Shown: positions 47,408 through 61,449 of the stretch, piece by piece
How the letters are laid out: each line of letters starts with the position of its first letter
Position numbering within the stretch: position 1 is the stretch's first letter
From: Blastocystis sp. Blastoise
Lineage: Eukaryota; Protista; Bigyra: Opalinata
DNA: 64,000 nucleotides
Reading direction: 5' to 3'
Assembly: GCA_039096225.1 (NCBI GenBank)
Contig: JBBPEB010000002.1
Coordinates: forward strand, 868,001-932,000
The notes under the pieces: model-generated
The model's database searches: none
What the model was told of the DNA's origin: nothing
Seen by the model: only the letters and a program-made list of their open reading frames with translations
Position numbers and translations under genes: made by a program

Positions 47408-48112
47408 TTACTTTTCAGTACCTCCAGCTAACATATCTTTTGCTTGATTGATTTTAGAAGCAATAAAAGGACTACCTCCCTTATCAGGGTGATTCTTTAA
47501 TAATAATCGCTTATAAGCAGCTTGAATTCTTTGAGGAGTTGCATTCACTCTATTTATTGTGTAGACTTATTATATATTGTTTTTAATAAATTAAAATAGG
47601 AATTAATTTAATAAAAATATAATAAAAATAGAATAAAAATAGAATAAAAATAGAATAAAAATAGAATAAAAAACAAATAAATATAAAAAATAAACTACAT
47701 ACCGAACGCCAAGAATAAGAGCTGCTTCACGTTTGGTCATATTATCTTCAAAACCACCTTCATAAAATTTAGAAAAAGCTAACGATGATTTTCCATCAGT
47801 TCTATTCTTATAACTATCAGCAGCAAGAATGAAATATCTAGCAACTAAGGCACCACCTGCTACAGCAAGACCAGCTACAAGAAATATACTATCTTGTGGT
47901 TTTGTCATGTGATAGGACCTTGTCTATGGATTTAATGAAATGTAAGTGATATAAATATGATGCAAATCATATGTTAATAATGAAATAAATTGAAGAATAG
48001 CGAAGTATACAGATTGGAAGGTATTCATTACAGGTGAAACAGCAGGAACTGTTCTTGTGAATAGAGATTTTGCTAATAGAGGTGTTGTAGATAATGCTAG
48101 TCTGGAAAACAT
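47408..48112 (-). CDS. PAM18: Mitochondrial import motor J-protein PAM18/TIM14, 3 exons
   Basis: TM segment, then FYEGGFEDNMTKREAALILGV..KNHPDKGGSPFIASKINQAKDML. Confidence 0.93.
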
Positions 48113-48395
48113 GTCTATATATTCAACAATGACCAGAGAATCGATAGAAACGAAAAATGAAATGGAAAAACGAGAAAACCGTTGGGATTTTCTAAAATGG
48201 AAAAAATGGGAAAAAAGTGGAAAACGAGATACTATTCCTTTGCGATTTGCTAGCAAGTTTCTTTAAAAAACAAGAAAGATAGAAAAGGAAAAAGGAATCA
48301 ACGATGCTTGTTGACAATTGTTCGCTTAGGAAACCAGCTCTTCTTTTTCTATTTCATTTCTAAATCCATTATTTCCGAATTGATTCTATTAAGCG

Positions 48396-49478
48396 ATGAA
48401 TACTTCATTGATTTTATTAAAAAACAGTTCTTTGCGTAGCTTGAGTGTTTTGAAAACAAGTTCTTCATTGATTTCAAAGAGATTTATGTCGTGTATGTTA
48501 GAAAATGAAGATGCTCCCGTTCAAAAATCAGAGAATCCATTGACTAGAGTTCCAGCTGTTCATTATGATTTATCAAATATCATATATATGGATTCTGGTG
48601 TATATGTCAATTTTTATTTAATTCTTATTTTGATTCTTTTATTGATTTTAATAATGATGAATTGTTCTCTGTATTTATTCTAGGCAACAACAAGAATGGA
48701 CCCTAGAGTATTAGATACAATGCTTCCGTATTTTTGTGAAAATTATGGAAACCCTCATTCTCGTACACATGCATATGGTTGGAATGCTGATGCAGCTGTA
48801 GAGAATGCTAGAGAACAAATAGCTGATGTTATTGGTGCTTCTTCTAAAGAAATTATATTTACTTCTGGTGCTACAGAATGTAATAATTTGGCTGTTAAAG
48901 GTGTAGCTCAATTTTATAAAGAAAAAAATCATGTTATTACTAGTCAAATTGTAAATTTTTTTATTTATTATGTTTTTTTTTTATTTTTATTTTATTATTT
49001 ATTATTTTTATTATATAATAAATAATAAATATAGGAGCATAAGTGTGTATTAGATAGTTGTAGATGGTTAGAACAATGTGGCTATAAAGTGACTTATTTA
49101 CCTGTAAAGAAGAATGGATTAATTGATTTAAAAGAATTAGAAAATGCTATTACTCCAAGTACTAGTTTAGTTAGTATAATGGGTGTTAATAATGAAATTG
49201 GAGTGAAACAAGATTTAAAATCTATTGGTAATATATGCAGAAAACATAAAGTATTCTTTCATACCGATTGTGCTCAACTGGTTGGAAAATTACCTATTAA
49301 TGTCGATGAATGTAATATCGATTTAATGTCTATGAGTGGTCATAAAGTATATGGACCCAAAGGAGTTGGTGCCTTATATGTACGCCGAAAGCCTCGTGTC
49401 CGTTTAGTTCCGTTAATGTCCGGTGGGGGTCAAGAAAGGGGTCTTCGAAGTGGTACTCTACCTACACCTCTTTGTGTA

Positions 49479-49510
<32 letters not shown>

Positions 49511-49532
49511 TTATTATTATTATGATTAATAC

Positions 49533-49570
<38 letters not shown>

Positions 49571-50263
49571 CTTATTATTATACTTATATAATTATTATTA
49601 TTATTATTATTCTATATAGGGTATGGGTCGTGCTTTTGAGTTATGTAAATTAGATATGGAAGAAGATTTAAAACGTATTACGTCACTTAGTAATTATTTT
49701 ATTGATACTATTATGAAGAATTTAACTCACGTGATATTGAATGGTGACCGTACATCTCGTTATCCTGGTATCGTCAATCTATCCTTTGCTTGTGTTGAAG
49801 GTGAATCTCTTATTATGTCTATGAAGAATTTAGCTGTAAGTAGTGGTAGTGCCTGTACTAGGTATATATATAATAATAATAATAATAATAGTAATAATAC
49901 TTTCTATATCTAAACAATAATAATACCCTCTATTCAATTCTATTAACTATTACTATATCTATATATAGTGCTTCTTTAGAGCCATCTTATGTATTAAGAG
50001 CATTAGGAGTAAATGATGATTTGGCACATACAAGTATAAGATTCGGTATACATCGATTTACTACAAAAGAAGATATAGATAAAGCTTGTGATATGATTAT
50101 TAAAGTATATATATATTATAATGTTATTTCTATATATTATTATCATTATAATCATAATAATATATATATATAGAGTGTGAATCACCTTCGAGAGATCAGT
50201 CCCCTTTGGGAAATGTTACAAGAAGGAATTGATATGTCTACTATCAAATGGTCAAATCTATAA
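48396..50263 (+). CDS. NFS1: Mitochondrial cysteine desulfurase
   Basis: Presequence; [45 protein letters not shown] (PLP Lys), [29 protein letters not shown]. Confidence 0.97.
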
Positions 50264-50526
50264 ATATAATATAATTATATATATTCATCTTTATTTTTCA
50301 TTTTTCTATTTTTATTCATTATTTTAAATGATTTCACTATTTATTCTTCTAAAAGTTATCTATTTAAAACAAAATGTTAATTTTTTTTATAATGAGTTCT
50401 CTTCTTATTCTATATCAGTTATATGTATAATATTAAAAGAATTCTTTTTTTAACTAAAAAAATAAAATAACATACAACACAAAATATATATGTATATATT
50501 TAATTATAAAAAAAAATTGAATTCAT

Positions 50527-51048
50527 TTAAACTTCATCTTCATTAAGTAACATATTGGGTATGCCTTCTTCTATAGGATATTCACGATGGCAATGAGCAC
50601 AAATTAATTTTCCACTTATAATATCAACTTCATTAATAGCATGATGAATTCCTTTAAGAATTTCTTCGTTATCTAAATCAGTAGGTTTCTCTTGAGGAAT
50701 CTGAATACCAATCTATGTATAATATATATAATATATAATGATATGTAATATAAAAATATCATAATAAAATAATTTCTTAAAGAACAAGAATAAAACGAGA
50801 TTAACATATATATATACAGAAGAAGCTCCTTGATATAAAGCATCCCAATCTAATTTGTTCATAATATGTTTAATAAATTCAGGATTCATTTCCTCTTCTC
50901 TGATCACAAGTCCTTCAGGAGTTGTTTCAATGATTAATGGAAAATTCTTTGTTTCATCAGGTTGTTGACCCTCTTCAGGTTCAAGACCTACTGTGGCAAC
51001 ACAATTTTTTACAGTACACATCAAGAAATTATGGGTTATGAGTCTCAT
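50527..51048 (-). CDS. TRM112: Methyltransferase activator TRM112, 2 exons
   Basis: MRLITHNFLMC..FPL..NPEFIKHIMNKLDWDAL..IHHAINEVDIISGKLICAHCHREYPIEEGIPNMLLNEDEV*. Confidence 0.93.
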
Positions 51049-51800
51049 AGCGCTTCCTTTAATAGATAAACAAATAAATAATGTTTTCTTTCTTTTTTTA
51101 TGAATACTTTTAAAAACCACGAATAAATGAATTTTTTGACTGGAAAATTGAAATAAAACGTTTGTCAGAAATATTTTTTTTAAAAAGAATGAAAATAAAT
51201 TTTTCCGTGAGTATTTTGGTGTTTGACACACAAAAATTATAAACATTCTTGAGAAAGAATAAATGTTCTTTTATCTCTAATATTGAACGATTTATATCTT
51301 CAAAAATATGAAATACGATTTATTATACATCAATCATTATTAAAAAATAAAATTACACACTTTCACTCACATAAATGTGTGAGTTATACAAAATAAATAC
51401 GTATTTTAAATCAAATTCTAGTTCTATATTAATAAGAAGAACATTCAAGAAACAGAAACTACTTATTAACTAATCCTAACATGAATAAAATGAGTAATTG
51501 AATGACTAGAGAATTTAAACATAAATAGAAACACACAAATGCGATATCCATGAGAATACGTTATTTCATGGTGAGAATCTTCAATTTTTCATGGGTTACG
51601 AAAAAGACTATATTTTTGTTTCCATTTGTTTTATTACTTAACGTATTTCTACATTACATTTGTCTTTTACTGGTATTTTATTTATGATTTCATTTCTAAA
51701 TTATCTCTTCTATCTTAATCTAGGCTGTTTTCCAAATATATTCAAAGTAGTTAGAATATTATAATTATCTTTCCTTCTTCGTTGAATCTTCAATAATAAA

Positions 51801-54266
51801 ATGTACTCACAATACAAGCAAACTTCTGAACAAATCAGTATCTATATTAAATTTTGTTTTTTTTTTAGTGTTTTAATGATTTATTTTTCTAAAGTGTATC
51901 CAGATACTATGAATTCTTCAAATTCAAATAGTGATAGTATTCCTATGGGGCAAATACCAAAAATGAACGATGATCTGTATTTTATTATTCCATTTTATTT
52001 ATTTTTATTTTTTAAAATAGTCATTCTATCGATCAAATAAAATCTGAAATAGATTCAAATCATTTTTCAGCTCAAGGTATATAGCATGCTTGATTATTTC
52101 ATTTTATTGTCATTTATTTAGACGATGTAGTAGTAGATTCTTATAATCATCCTAAAGTAGCTATTCCCTCTTCTATTCCTCAAACTATTCCTAAACAACA
52201 AATTCAGTATATATATATGTAGATATATTTATAAATTGATACTGTGTTTTTTTAATAAATAAATATTTATATATATTCTATATATACATAGGTCTCAACC
52301 TCTCTATAATGATTACCACGGGGATCGTCGTAATCTTTATGATATGAATACAACAAACACAATGAATAATGCAAATATGAATATGAATATAAATAACTCT
52401 ATAAATAACTCTTCAGGAGTAATACCTTCATCCAAAAGACGTATGACGACTAGTTTTGAAGATTATATGGCTGGTATATATATATATATATATAATTTTC
52501 ATTTAAAAGAATTATAAAATTTACTTTTCTTATCATTTTTCTTTTAATTTTATATATATAAATAGCAAAAAATTATCCAAGAGCTGAAGAACGAGAAATT
52601 GATAATGTTCTCACACGAGGTATACATATAATATTATTAATAATAATAATAATATAACTAGAAAATAAACATAATATACTAATGATATAACTTATAATAT
52701 AACTTATAATACTATAGCTAATAATATACTATTAATAACCTTCTTTCTATAGGTCTACCAAATCCAGGTATAGGGTATCCTTCTCACCCCTCGGGTTATG
52801 AAGAACGTATTATGCAGAATACGTTACCTGCTTATACTGCTAATGATACTCGTTATTCTCTATATAAGAAACCTTCTCTTAATAATACTTCAAGGATGAA
52901 TAATACAAATATAAATACTATTCCTTCTTCTTCTTCTACTTCTTCTTCTTCACTTCCTCAAACTACACAAAATCTTTATCCTTCTCGTAATGTTATGAAT
53001 TATAGTAATATACATACATCCATAGATGATCTTTCTCCTCTTGTACGACGTACAAATCTGAATGGAACACAATCACAAGTAGTTCCATCTTCTGCTCCTT
53101 CTTCTTCTTCCCTCCAAAATCCCTCTATTCCCTCTCAAATCCCTCATACTCCTCTTTCTTCATCTCTTCATCCATCTATGCCTCCTGTACCTTCTGTTCC
53201 TTCTTCTATTCCTCCTATTCCTTCTACTACTATGACTCCTTCATCTATGTCTTCTGTACATTCTATGTATATGTCACAATATCCTTCTTCTTCTACTACT
53301 ATGTCTCATTCAATGAATCCATCATCAGGTTCATTAAATACTATTCCAAATCATCCTCCAAATATACCTATAACATCGACTATATCGACATCATCATCTA
53401 TAATAGATCCATTATCTTATCAATCTCCTTATCAAGATATACCTGTTAATAGTGTAAATACACCGGTATATCAATCGATGGGATATCCTATGAATCCATC
53501 CTATTATAGTCCACAAATAACCACGGGGAACTCGATAGAAAATTCACGTTATTCATGGACAAATAATACAAATAATTCTAATATGAGTAATTATAATAAT
53601 TATAAGAATAAACAGAAAGCAAATCGATATGATAATTTAAGTATAAATCATATTCATGAATCTCAATCTTTTGGTACTCTTGTTATTGATAAGAGTACAG
53701 ATAAATTAGATTATGTACGAAAATGTTTAATGAAACATTTTAATAATGAAGTTAACGGTAAACACTTCTTCTTTCTTAGTAAGGATGGTGTTATTATTAA
53801 ACCCTCACAAGAAAAAGATATATTAGCTTGGTCACAAACACAAGAAAATGTATTATTTATATTTATTTTATTTTTTAATATATTATTATATATAATTATT
53901 TTTATTTTATATTCTATTTTTAATAATTCTATATAATAATAATTATATAATTAACATTTTAATAATTCTATATAATAATTATATAAATAGGAATGGAAAC
54001 ATCATACGTTTAATACTGTTACGATTCGTCATCATTTATTTATCAAATTAGATAATAATGATAGTAATAGTATTACAAACAATGATTCAACACCTGACAT
54101 GACTTCCGAAGTGAATACTTCAAATCAAGAATCAAATCCCCACGGGAATAGTACTAGTGTATCTCCTGTTCCAAAGAAAAGTACGGAGAACGAAAGAAGT
54201 ACTGCAAATGAACAAAAATCGTTGGACAACGACAGTAGTAAGATTTCTGATGATAGTGATGAATAG
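51801..54266 (+). CDS. Uncharacterised low-complexity (Ser/Pro/Asn) protein with a small C-terminal globular domain
   Basis: About 8 exons splice in frame from ATG 51801 through ORF 52812..53936 to TAG 54264-54266. Confidence 0.7.
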
Positions 54267-55358
54267 ATATAGTAGTTTTATAATATATTATTGTTTCTAA
54301 TAAAAAATTAAGAGATATTATTTATCTTTATGTTATATATATACTTATTTAGATAGATATATAGTCATAAAAAGATTTATATATTTTTTTAATTTTATAT
54401 TTATATATTTATATTTTTTATATGTTTTTCTTTATACTTTTATGTTATTTTTATATTCCTCTATTTATGATCTTATAATATATAAACACACGTTTATATC
54501 TTCTCTTAAGTGTATAATACTATATATCTATGTAACATATATACTATTTTAAAAAATTTTCTTCAGTTATTTATTTAGATATCTTATATATATATCACAT
54601 TATCTATATATATTACACTATATATGTATATACATTCTATTCTTTTTTTGTTTCGTTTTATTTGTTCATTTTCATTGTTCTTACTTGTATTTCACATTTT
54701 TCTTTAATTCTTTTCATTTTTCATTTTTCTTGTGTGTTTTTATTTCTATATATATTATGTTTTATTTATATATTTTATTTATATATTTTATGTATGTATT
54801 TTATTTATATTTTTTATTTATGTATTTTATTTATATATTTTTTATTTATTTTTAAGAATTATCCTTTGATTCTGTTATATATTTAGTATCAATATATACT
54901 ATATATTTTTATTCCCTTTATATTTATTAAATTTTATATATATATTTAGTTTTTTGTTAATATTGATAAAATTTCATGTATATATATATGTTTCTATTTT
55001 TTATATATATTTAATAAAAATATAGATATTTTATGTATTATCAGACTTTCCTACTCTATTTTCTGTCTCTCTCTCTGTTTTTTTTTACTTGTATTCATTT
55101 TTGTACTTTTTAATATAAGTATCGTTTCATGTTTAATATATTATATTTTATTTTCCCTTTTTTTTATTTGTATTATTATATTCTTCCTCAATAAAAACCC
55201 TTTTCTATATATTTACACTTGTTTTGTTATCTATTCAACTGGAATAGATTTCTATATTCAAAAAAAATATCTACAATTCTTTATACACCATGATTTTAAT
55301 GTAAAAAATATATATATAATAATTTATAAGTTCATGAAAAATATGTAAAGAAAAATAT

Positions 55359-55430
55359 GGGCCTACCGGGGAATCGAACCCCGGACCTCACGCACCCAAA
55401 GCGCGAATCATACCACTAGACCAGCAGGCC
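55359..55430 (-). tRNA. tRNA-Pro (anticodon TGG), intronless
   Basis: GGCCTGCTGGTCTAGTGGTATGATTCGCGCTTTGGGTGCGTGAGGTCCGGGGTTCGATTCCCCGGTAGGCCC folds as a cloverleaf with A and B boxes; a T5 Pol III terminator follows. Confidence 0.97.
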
Positions 55431-56562
55431 ACATCTTATTTTTCGTTCATATATAACTATGAGATCAGTTACGTTTTCAAATAGTAATCATTTTTGCTCC
55501 TGCTTTAATCAAATTATTTTATTACATGAAAGGAGTGCATTATATGTGAAATATATATTATTTCGATGAATTACACAATTTCTAGAACATAATGATTATG
55601 TTTTTTACAAGTATAATCTTGTTTTTGAAAATCAATTATGAATTTCAAGAGATTATTGATAAAATAATGATATCTAATTTTTATTCAAGTATAGGCCACA
55701 ACAGATCAAATCATCATTTACTAAGATAGATACATTAATTTTGAAAGATTCCTTGAAATTAGTTGATAATGATACATAAATGAAATGAATTGCTTTAGAT
55801 AAGATTCTCGGAATAATATATACTTCATAGAAGAGTTATTTGTTGATTATATGTCATTTTTAGCTTTAATGAATCATCTGCTTTGTAAATAACATGGTTT
55901 ATAGAATTATTTTTTTTATTATGAATCAAGTAAGTTAAGATGATCGTTTTCATGCTATATCCAGAGTGATTTACTAAAAGAAAAATGATATATATAAAGA
56001 ATTGTAATATTTTTCTTCTATAAAGTATATATATGAATGAATAGTATTATTGAATTAAATAAACACTATTTTTCAATTAAAGAAAGATACACAACTTGAT
56101 ACAATAAATGGAATTGATATCATACGAATATATAATATATATATATAAACAGAAAAACATACAAGAGAAGATAGAATTATATATATTATTAAGAAGAATA
56201 GAATAACAACAAAACGTATATAAATAATACTAAAAAATTCTATGATGTTAATAAAAGTAATATATATATATAATATATATATATCAATGGCGTGTAGCAG
56301 AATAAAAAAGAAAAGTGAAAAAAAATATATAATAATAATATAATATGATATATAAATAGTATATATATATATAATACTATATCGAAAACACAATAAAATC
56401 CGTATATATTAATTAAAAAAATCTATATATATATATATATAAATTTCTATATAAAAATATACAACCAAAGAAAGAAAATCAGTGCGAAAAAAGAAAGAAA
56501 GAAAAAGATAATAGGAAGATAAAAACTTTAAAATAATAATATATATAATAATATATATATAT

Positions 56563-57073
56563 TTATGTATATTTTTGTATTGACGCGTAAAGAATGGCTC
56601 GCATGAAAGAATCTTCGTCATGTACAGATCCCTCTTTTACCGCGAAATAATAACTGTCATTATTCTCTAATCGTAATTCAAAAGAATGTTTTCTTATTTC
56701 TGGTGTTTTAAAAACTAATATACTTTGAAGAGAAATCGTAAATGTATATTCCTATATATATATATATATATATATAAACTTATACTCATTATTATTGTTA
56801 TTATATATATATATATATTCAACATCATGATGAGATTTCATCCTTAATTTGCCTCGTTCTATTAGAACTTCTCTTTCTTTCCATATATATATACCCAAAT
56901 AATTAGTTGTACGGAAATATATTACACCACAAAAAGGTAACTATATAATTATGTATATATATATATATATATATAATTATATATATATATATATATATAT
57001 ACTTCAATAGCTTCTCTTTGTACATAGTTTTTAGTTTCAACTTTTTCTTCTTCTTCTTCTTCTTCTTCTTCTG

Positions 57074-57115
<42 letters not shown>

Positions 57116-57477
57116 GTAGATTTGTTAATGTTTGTATATAACTATCTTGTTCCTATATATAGTAATATTTATAGATATATATATATATAATATAACTATA
57201 TATACTTGTATATATTCATTAGCTAAGAAATCCAATAAATCCTATATAATAATAACAATAATAATAATAATAATAATAATAATATATATATATATATATA
57301 CGGGTTTATCATAGCATGGATGTGTCCAATCAGAATGCGAGGATGTCGAGTTTATGGACAACGCACTTACACTATTGGATAATAAGTATTATTGTTATTA
57401 TATATATATATATATATATATATACTCATCATCTGATTGATATTTAAATCCATTTGCTTTAAAATAAGGATGTTCCT

Positions 57478-57543
<66 letters not shown>

Positions 57544-57823
57544 CAAGAATATTATAAATATACTAATATTTGTTTAATTGTATATCTATATTCAAAACTA
57601 GGATGAAACACGTGATGAAATAGATCCCTCAATGACGCACTCACATTTGGGAAATCAATTATATCCACATAATCATTATGTTCGTCTAGAGGTATTTTAT
57701 GATAGTCATTCAATTGATCCGTAGTAAAAGGGGTATGGCCATATAACATACAATATACACTTATACCTAATGCCCAAATATCACTACTCTGAGGGAAGAA
57801 TAACTCTCCTATATATATATATA

Positions 57824-57885
<62 letters not shown>

Positions 57886-58492
57886 TATAATATACCAATA
57901 AAACATTCAGGTGATTTAAAGAAAAGGTTTTTCCCGGGTAATTTCATTCGTAGCCCGCCCATAGGATCAGCAGATATACAAATAAGATGTTCCATCCCTG
58001 AGAGACGTACTTCACCATCCCGAGAAAGTAAAATATCATAAGGTCGAATATTCATATGAATAATACCTTGTGAATGTACTATATAGAATATAGAATAAGA
58101 ATTATTATTATTATTATTATAAATACAAATAGGATTATCAAATCTAAACAAAAAAAAAATTTATATATAAAACAACAATAATAATAAATATATATACAAT
58201 AATCAATAGCAAGTGCAGTTTTAAAGAAAATAGGAATGATTTCACTTTCAGAGAAAACGGTTGGTTTCCTTCCAAAAATAGATGTATTAGACATGGATTC
58301 AACAGTAGCATTGGTTTGAAGGATAGCAGAAGAGGAAGAAGAGGAAGAAGCAGAAGAAATAGAAGATAAGAAGAAATGAGATTTAGAGGATGAATAGTGA
58401 TTACTTGTAGATTTAGTAGGAGAAGTCGTAGATTTAGAAAGAATACTAGCATTATTATTATTATTATTAATATCTTTATTATTATTAATATC

Positions 58493-58524
<32 letters not shown>

Positions 58525-59413
58525 AAGGAGTAGGTGTAGTAGGAAGAGGTGTCGAAGGAGCAGATTTCATCATATGATTACTACTTCTACTATTAGCACT
58601 GGAATTCCCATAATTATGACTATTATGACTACTATTACTACTAATAGAAGAAGGAGAAACAAGAGATGGAGGAGAAGCAGGATAATAAGGAGATAAATCA
58701 GAAGTTGACGCGTAATACATATTATTATCAGCATCATGAATACAAGCAGGACCAATATCCATATATTTCTGAACTATATTAATATATATATATATATCTA
58801 TTATGAATAAAAAAAAATCTAAAAGCTACAAAAAAAAATAAAATTTTTAAATTAAAAATAACAATTCTAACATACAAGTAAATATCTTGTTTTGTCGCAC
58901 ACGGACACCTATCATATTTAATATATTATCATGATATAACTCTTTAGAAATAGCAATCGAATTATTCAATTGCTCAACTTTTGTCATGTCTCCGATATCA
59001 AAGACACGTGATGTGTCCTTCGACATTAAGTCTGCATCATGAATGCGTAAAACAATTCGGCTCTTTTGATTTTCAGAAGCAACCAAACAAGCTCGAACTA
59101 ACTTATCAGGTAAATGTTTCAAGACTTGTGTCTCAATAATACGATAATTCTTTCTTGAATTTCCACTTATTGAAGCTCTATAACACTTAGATATATAAAT
59201 TATAAATATATATATACTGTCCTTTGTTGATAGCACATTCTTTAGGAATGTCTATAGAAGAATATATATTATTTAAAAGTAATATGAGCATTTACCTTCT
59301 TCTACAATCAATTCTGATGGATCCATCTATACGAAAAAATCAATACAAACAACATACAAAAAACTATTTACCTCACTCTGCTCGTTAGAAGCCATTTTCG
59401 GATCACTTTGCAT
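56563..59413 (-). CDS. CaMKK-like pseudokinase with a C-terminal PH domain
   Basis: LYHDNIL..KYMDIGP..LAIDYLHSQGIIHMNIRPYDILL..SPEC..VDIWALGISVYCMLYGHTPF..RYTIKQILEHPYF; the tail GVIYFR..WKEREVLI..RKHSFELRL..YYFAV..DEDSFMRAI is PH-like. The start could be 59395 instead. Confidence 0.8.
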
Positions 59414-59991
59414 AAAGATAATGAATTCTTATCAAGGAAGAACGTCAAAAACGTATGTGAAAAAAACAAAAATCATAAAAAAAAAATAAAACGTTGTTCG
59501 CAAAAGTATTTCACGGGGATTCCAATCGTTATCCAGAAATTCTTCTGTTCTTTTTTTTAGTATCTACTTCTATTCTTCACTGAATGCTTATTTAAAGTTC
59601 TTTAGAACATAGCTTTTACGATGACTCCTATTCATTCTAATACTTTAGAGAACTTTATTTTGTTCACAATTATAATTTGAGATTGAAAAACAGTATATAT
59701 TATTCATGTATAGGACTTCAGAATAGATGAGAGTTATTTTTTAATAACGAATATCTCTGTATCTATTTTTTTATTTCCTTTTTTTTTGAAAAAGTTAAGA
59801 ATAATTGAAATAATATAGATTTAAATGTTGATCCCAATTAAATTATGTCATGGGTTATTTAGTAATATAATTTTGAATGAAATATACTGAATAATAACAA
59901 GAATGAGAATGAATAATCCTTTTAATTGAGAAATAAAGTATATATAAGTAATATTTATTTTTTAGTAAAATCATAGTATTCCTCATTTATG

Positions 59992-61230
59992 TTATTTAGT
60001 CTTTATTTGTTCAGTTGAAACTTGAATCATCTTTTCAAAGTCTTCCATTAATAATAAGATTTGTTCTAATTGATAATCTATCTTTGGATTCTTCGAGAAC
60101 AATAGTTGATTTTCTAATAGAGCCGTTTGAACTAAAATAGAAATGAAAATGAATTAAAAATGAATACACAGTGCTGATTATGTATTTTATATCTTTTTAT
60201 ACAATACTAAATACCTTCTAATTCCATGAGTTCCTGTGTTTTCTTCTTAAAATATAGTTGCCAATTATTCACATATTGTTCACTATAATTAAATAATAGT
60301 ATAAAGAAAGATATATTGGGTTTATAAAACATAATTAGTATAAAGAAAGATATATTAGGAATATAAAACGTAATTACTATATAATAGATATACATATCTT
60401 CTCGTTTTGTTTTAAATTGTTCAGTAGTAATTTGAATATTTTTATCATCTTCAACATTTGTCTATACAATATATCATATATTATATTATATTATATATAT
60501 ACATCGTATTCGCAAAAGACATCTCGATCATATTCTTCTTTCTTTATTTTTTCGTCTTCCACTTCTTTCTGTAATCGATCAATTACAGATGATTTTTCTA
60601 TTTCTTTCTCTTTCTCGTAACTATATACACATATAAAATACTTTTTGTGTATACATTTCATAATAAATATATATACAAATAAGTTTTATTCTTTGAAGAA
60701 ATATCCATTAAATTAGTTGTATGATTATTAATTTGATGTTTATTATTATTTATGGTATTTACTCTCTTATTACCATCCTATATTTTATCAATAGAAACTT
60801 TATCTATTCGTAAATACATGAAAACTAGAACTCTTTTGTATATATTCTATATGCATAAAGATATAATGATAATGAACAAGAAAAGCATATATACCTTCAT
60901 CAGAGTCTGTATTATTATTATGTTCTATCTTTAGTGTTGAACCATTCCTTATCAATGTTGTAGTTTAGAAAAGAGAATATATTATATAAATAGATACTTT
61001 ATAGGATTGGTTGACAAAGAATTCGATTTTTGAAGAGTAAATACTTTTTTAGCAACAGGCTCATCTAGACAGAAATCAATGTGATATACAATTTAATAAT
61101 ACTATTCTCTGAGTTATTTATTGTTCGTTTCTCTTTTAAAGATTTGAATGAGAAATACTTCTTCTTTCTAATTTCATTAAAAAAAAATAATTGATTTATA
61201 TATAATTATGAAAACAAACCCATTGTCCAT
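59992..61230 (-). CDS. Uncharacterised multi-exon protein with a coiled-coil C-terminus
   Basis: About 10 short exons splice in frame (..YEKEKEIEKSSVIDRLQKEVE..EQYVNNWQLYFKKKTQELMELEVQTALLE..KTK*). The first junction is uncertain. Confidence 0.6.
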
Positions 61231-61449
61231 GATCTTTATCAAATGTATTTTTTTAATGAAAGAGTATGTATTATTTAACTTATAATATCAAGAGTAGTTT
61301 ATAGAACATAGACAAACTAAACAAAAATTAATATTCAATATAATTATATCCAAAAAAAAAATAAAGAGGGAAAAAAAGTTCATCAAATCATTTATTCTTA
61401 ATACTATGAATGTAACGAAAGAAATATACTTGTTTAAATGATTCAATAA

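Noticed and set aside
54662-56393. Hydrophobic F/I/Y/L-rich ORFs (also the many YIYIYI tails across the ORF track)
   Set aside because: These are chance read-through of AT-rich UTR or intron sequence, not membrane proteins.
56409-56621. Apparent stop-less pseudokinase 3' end, suggesting a Blastocystis-style stop created by polyadenylation
   Set aside because: The listed ORF is the wrong frame. The true frame reads FAVKEGSVHDEDSFMRAILYASIQKYT and ends at an encoded TAA at 56563-56565. Every complete gene I reconstructed has a genomic stop.
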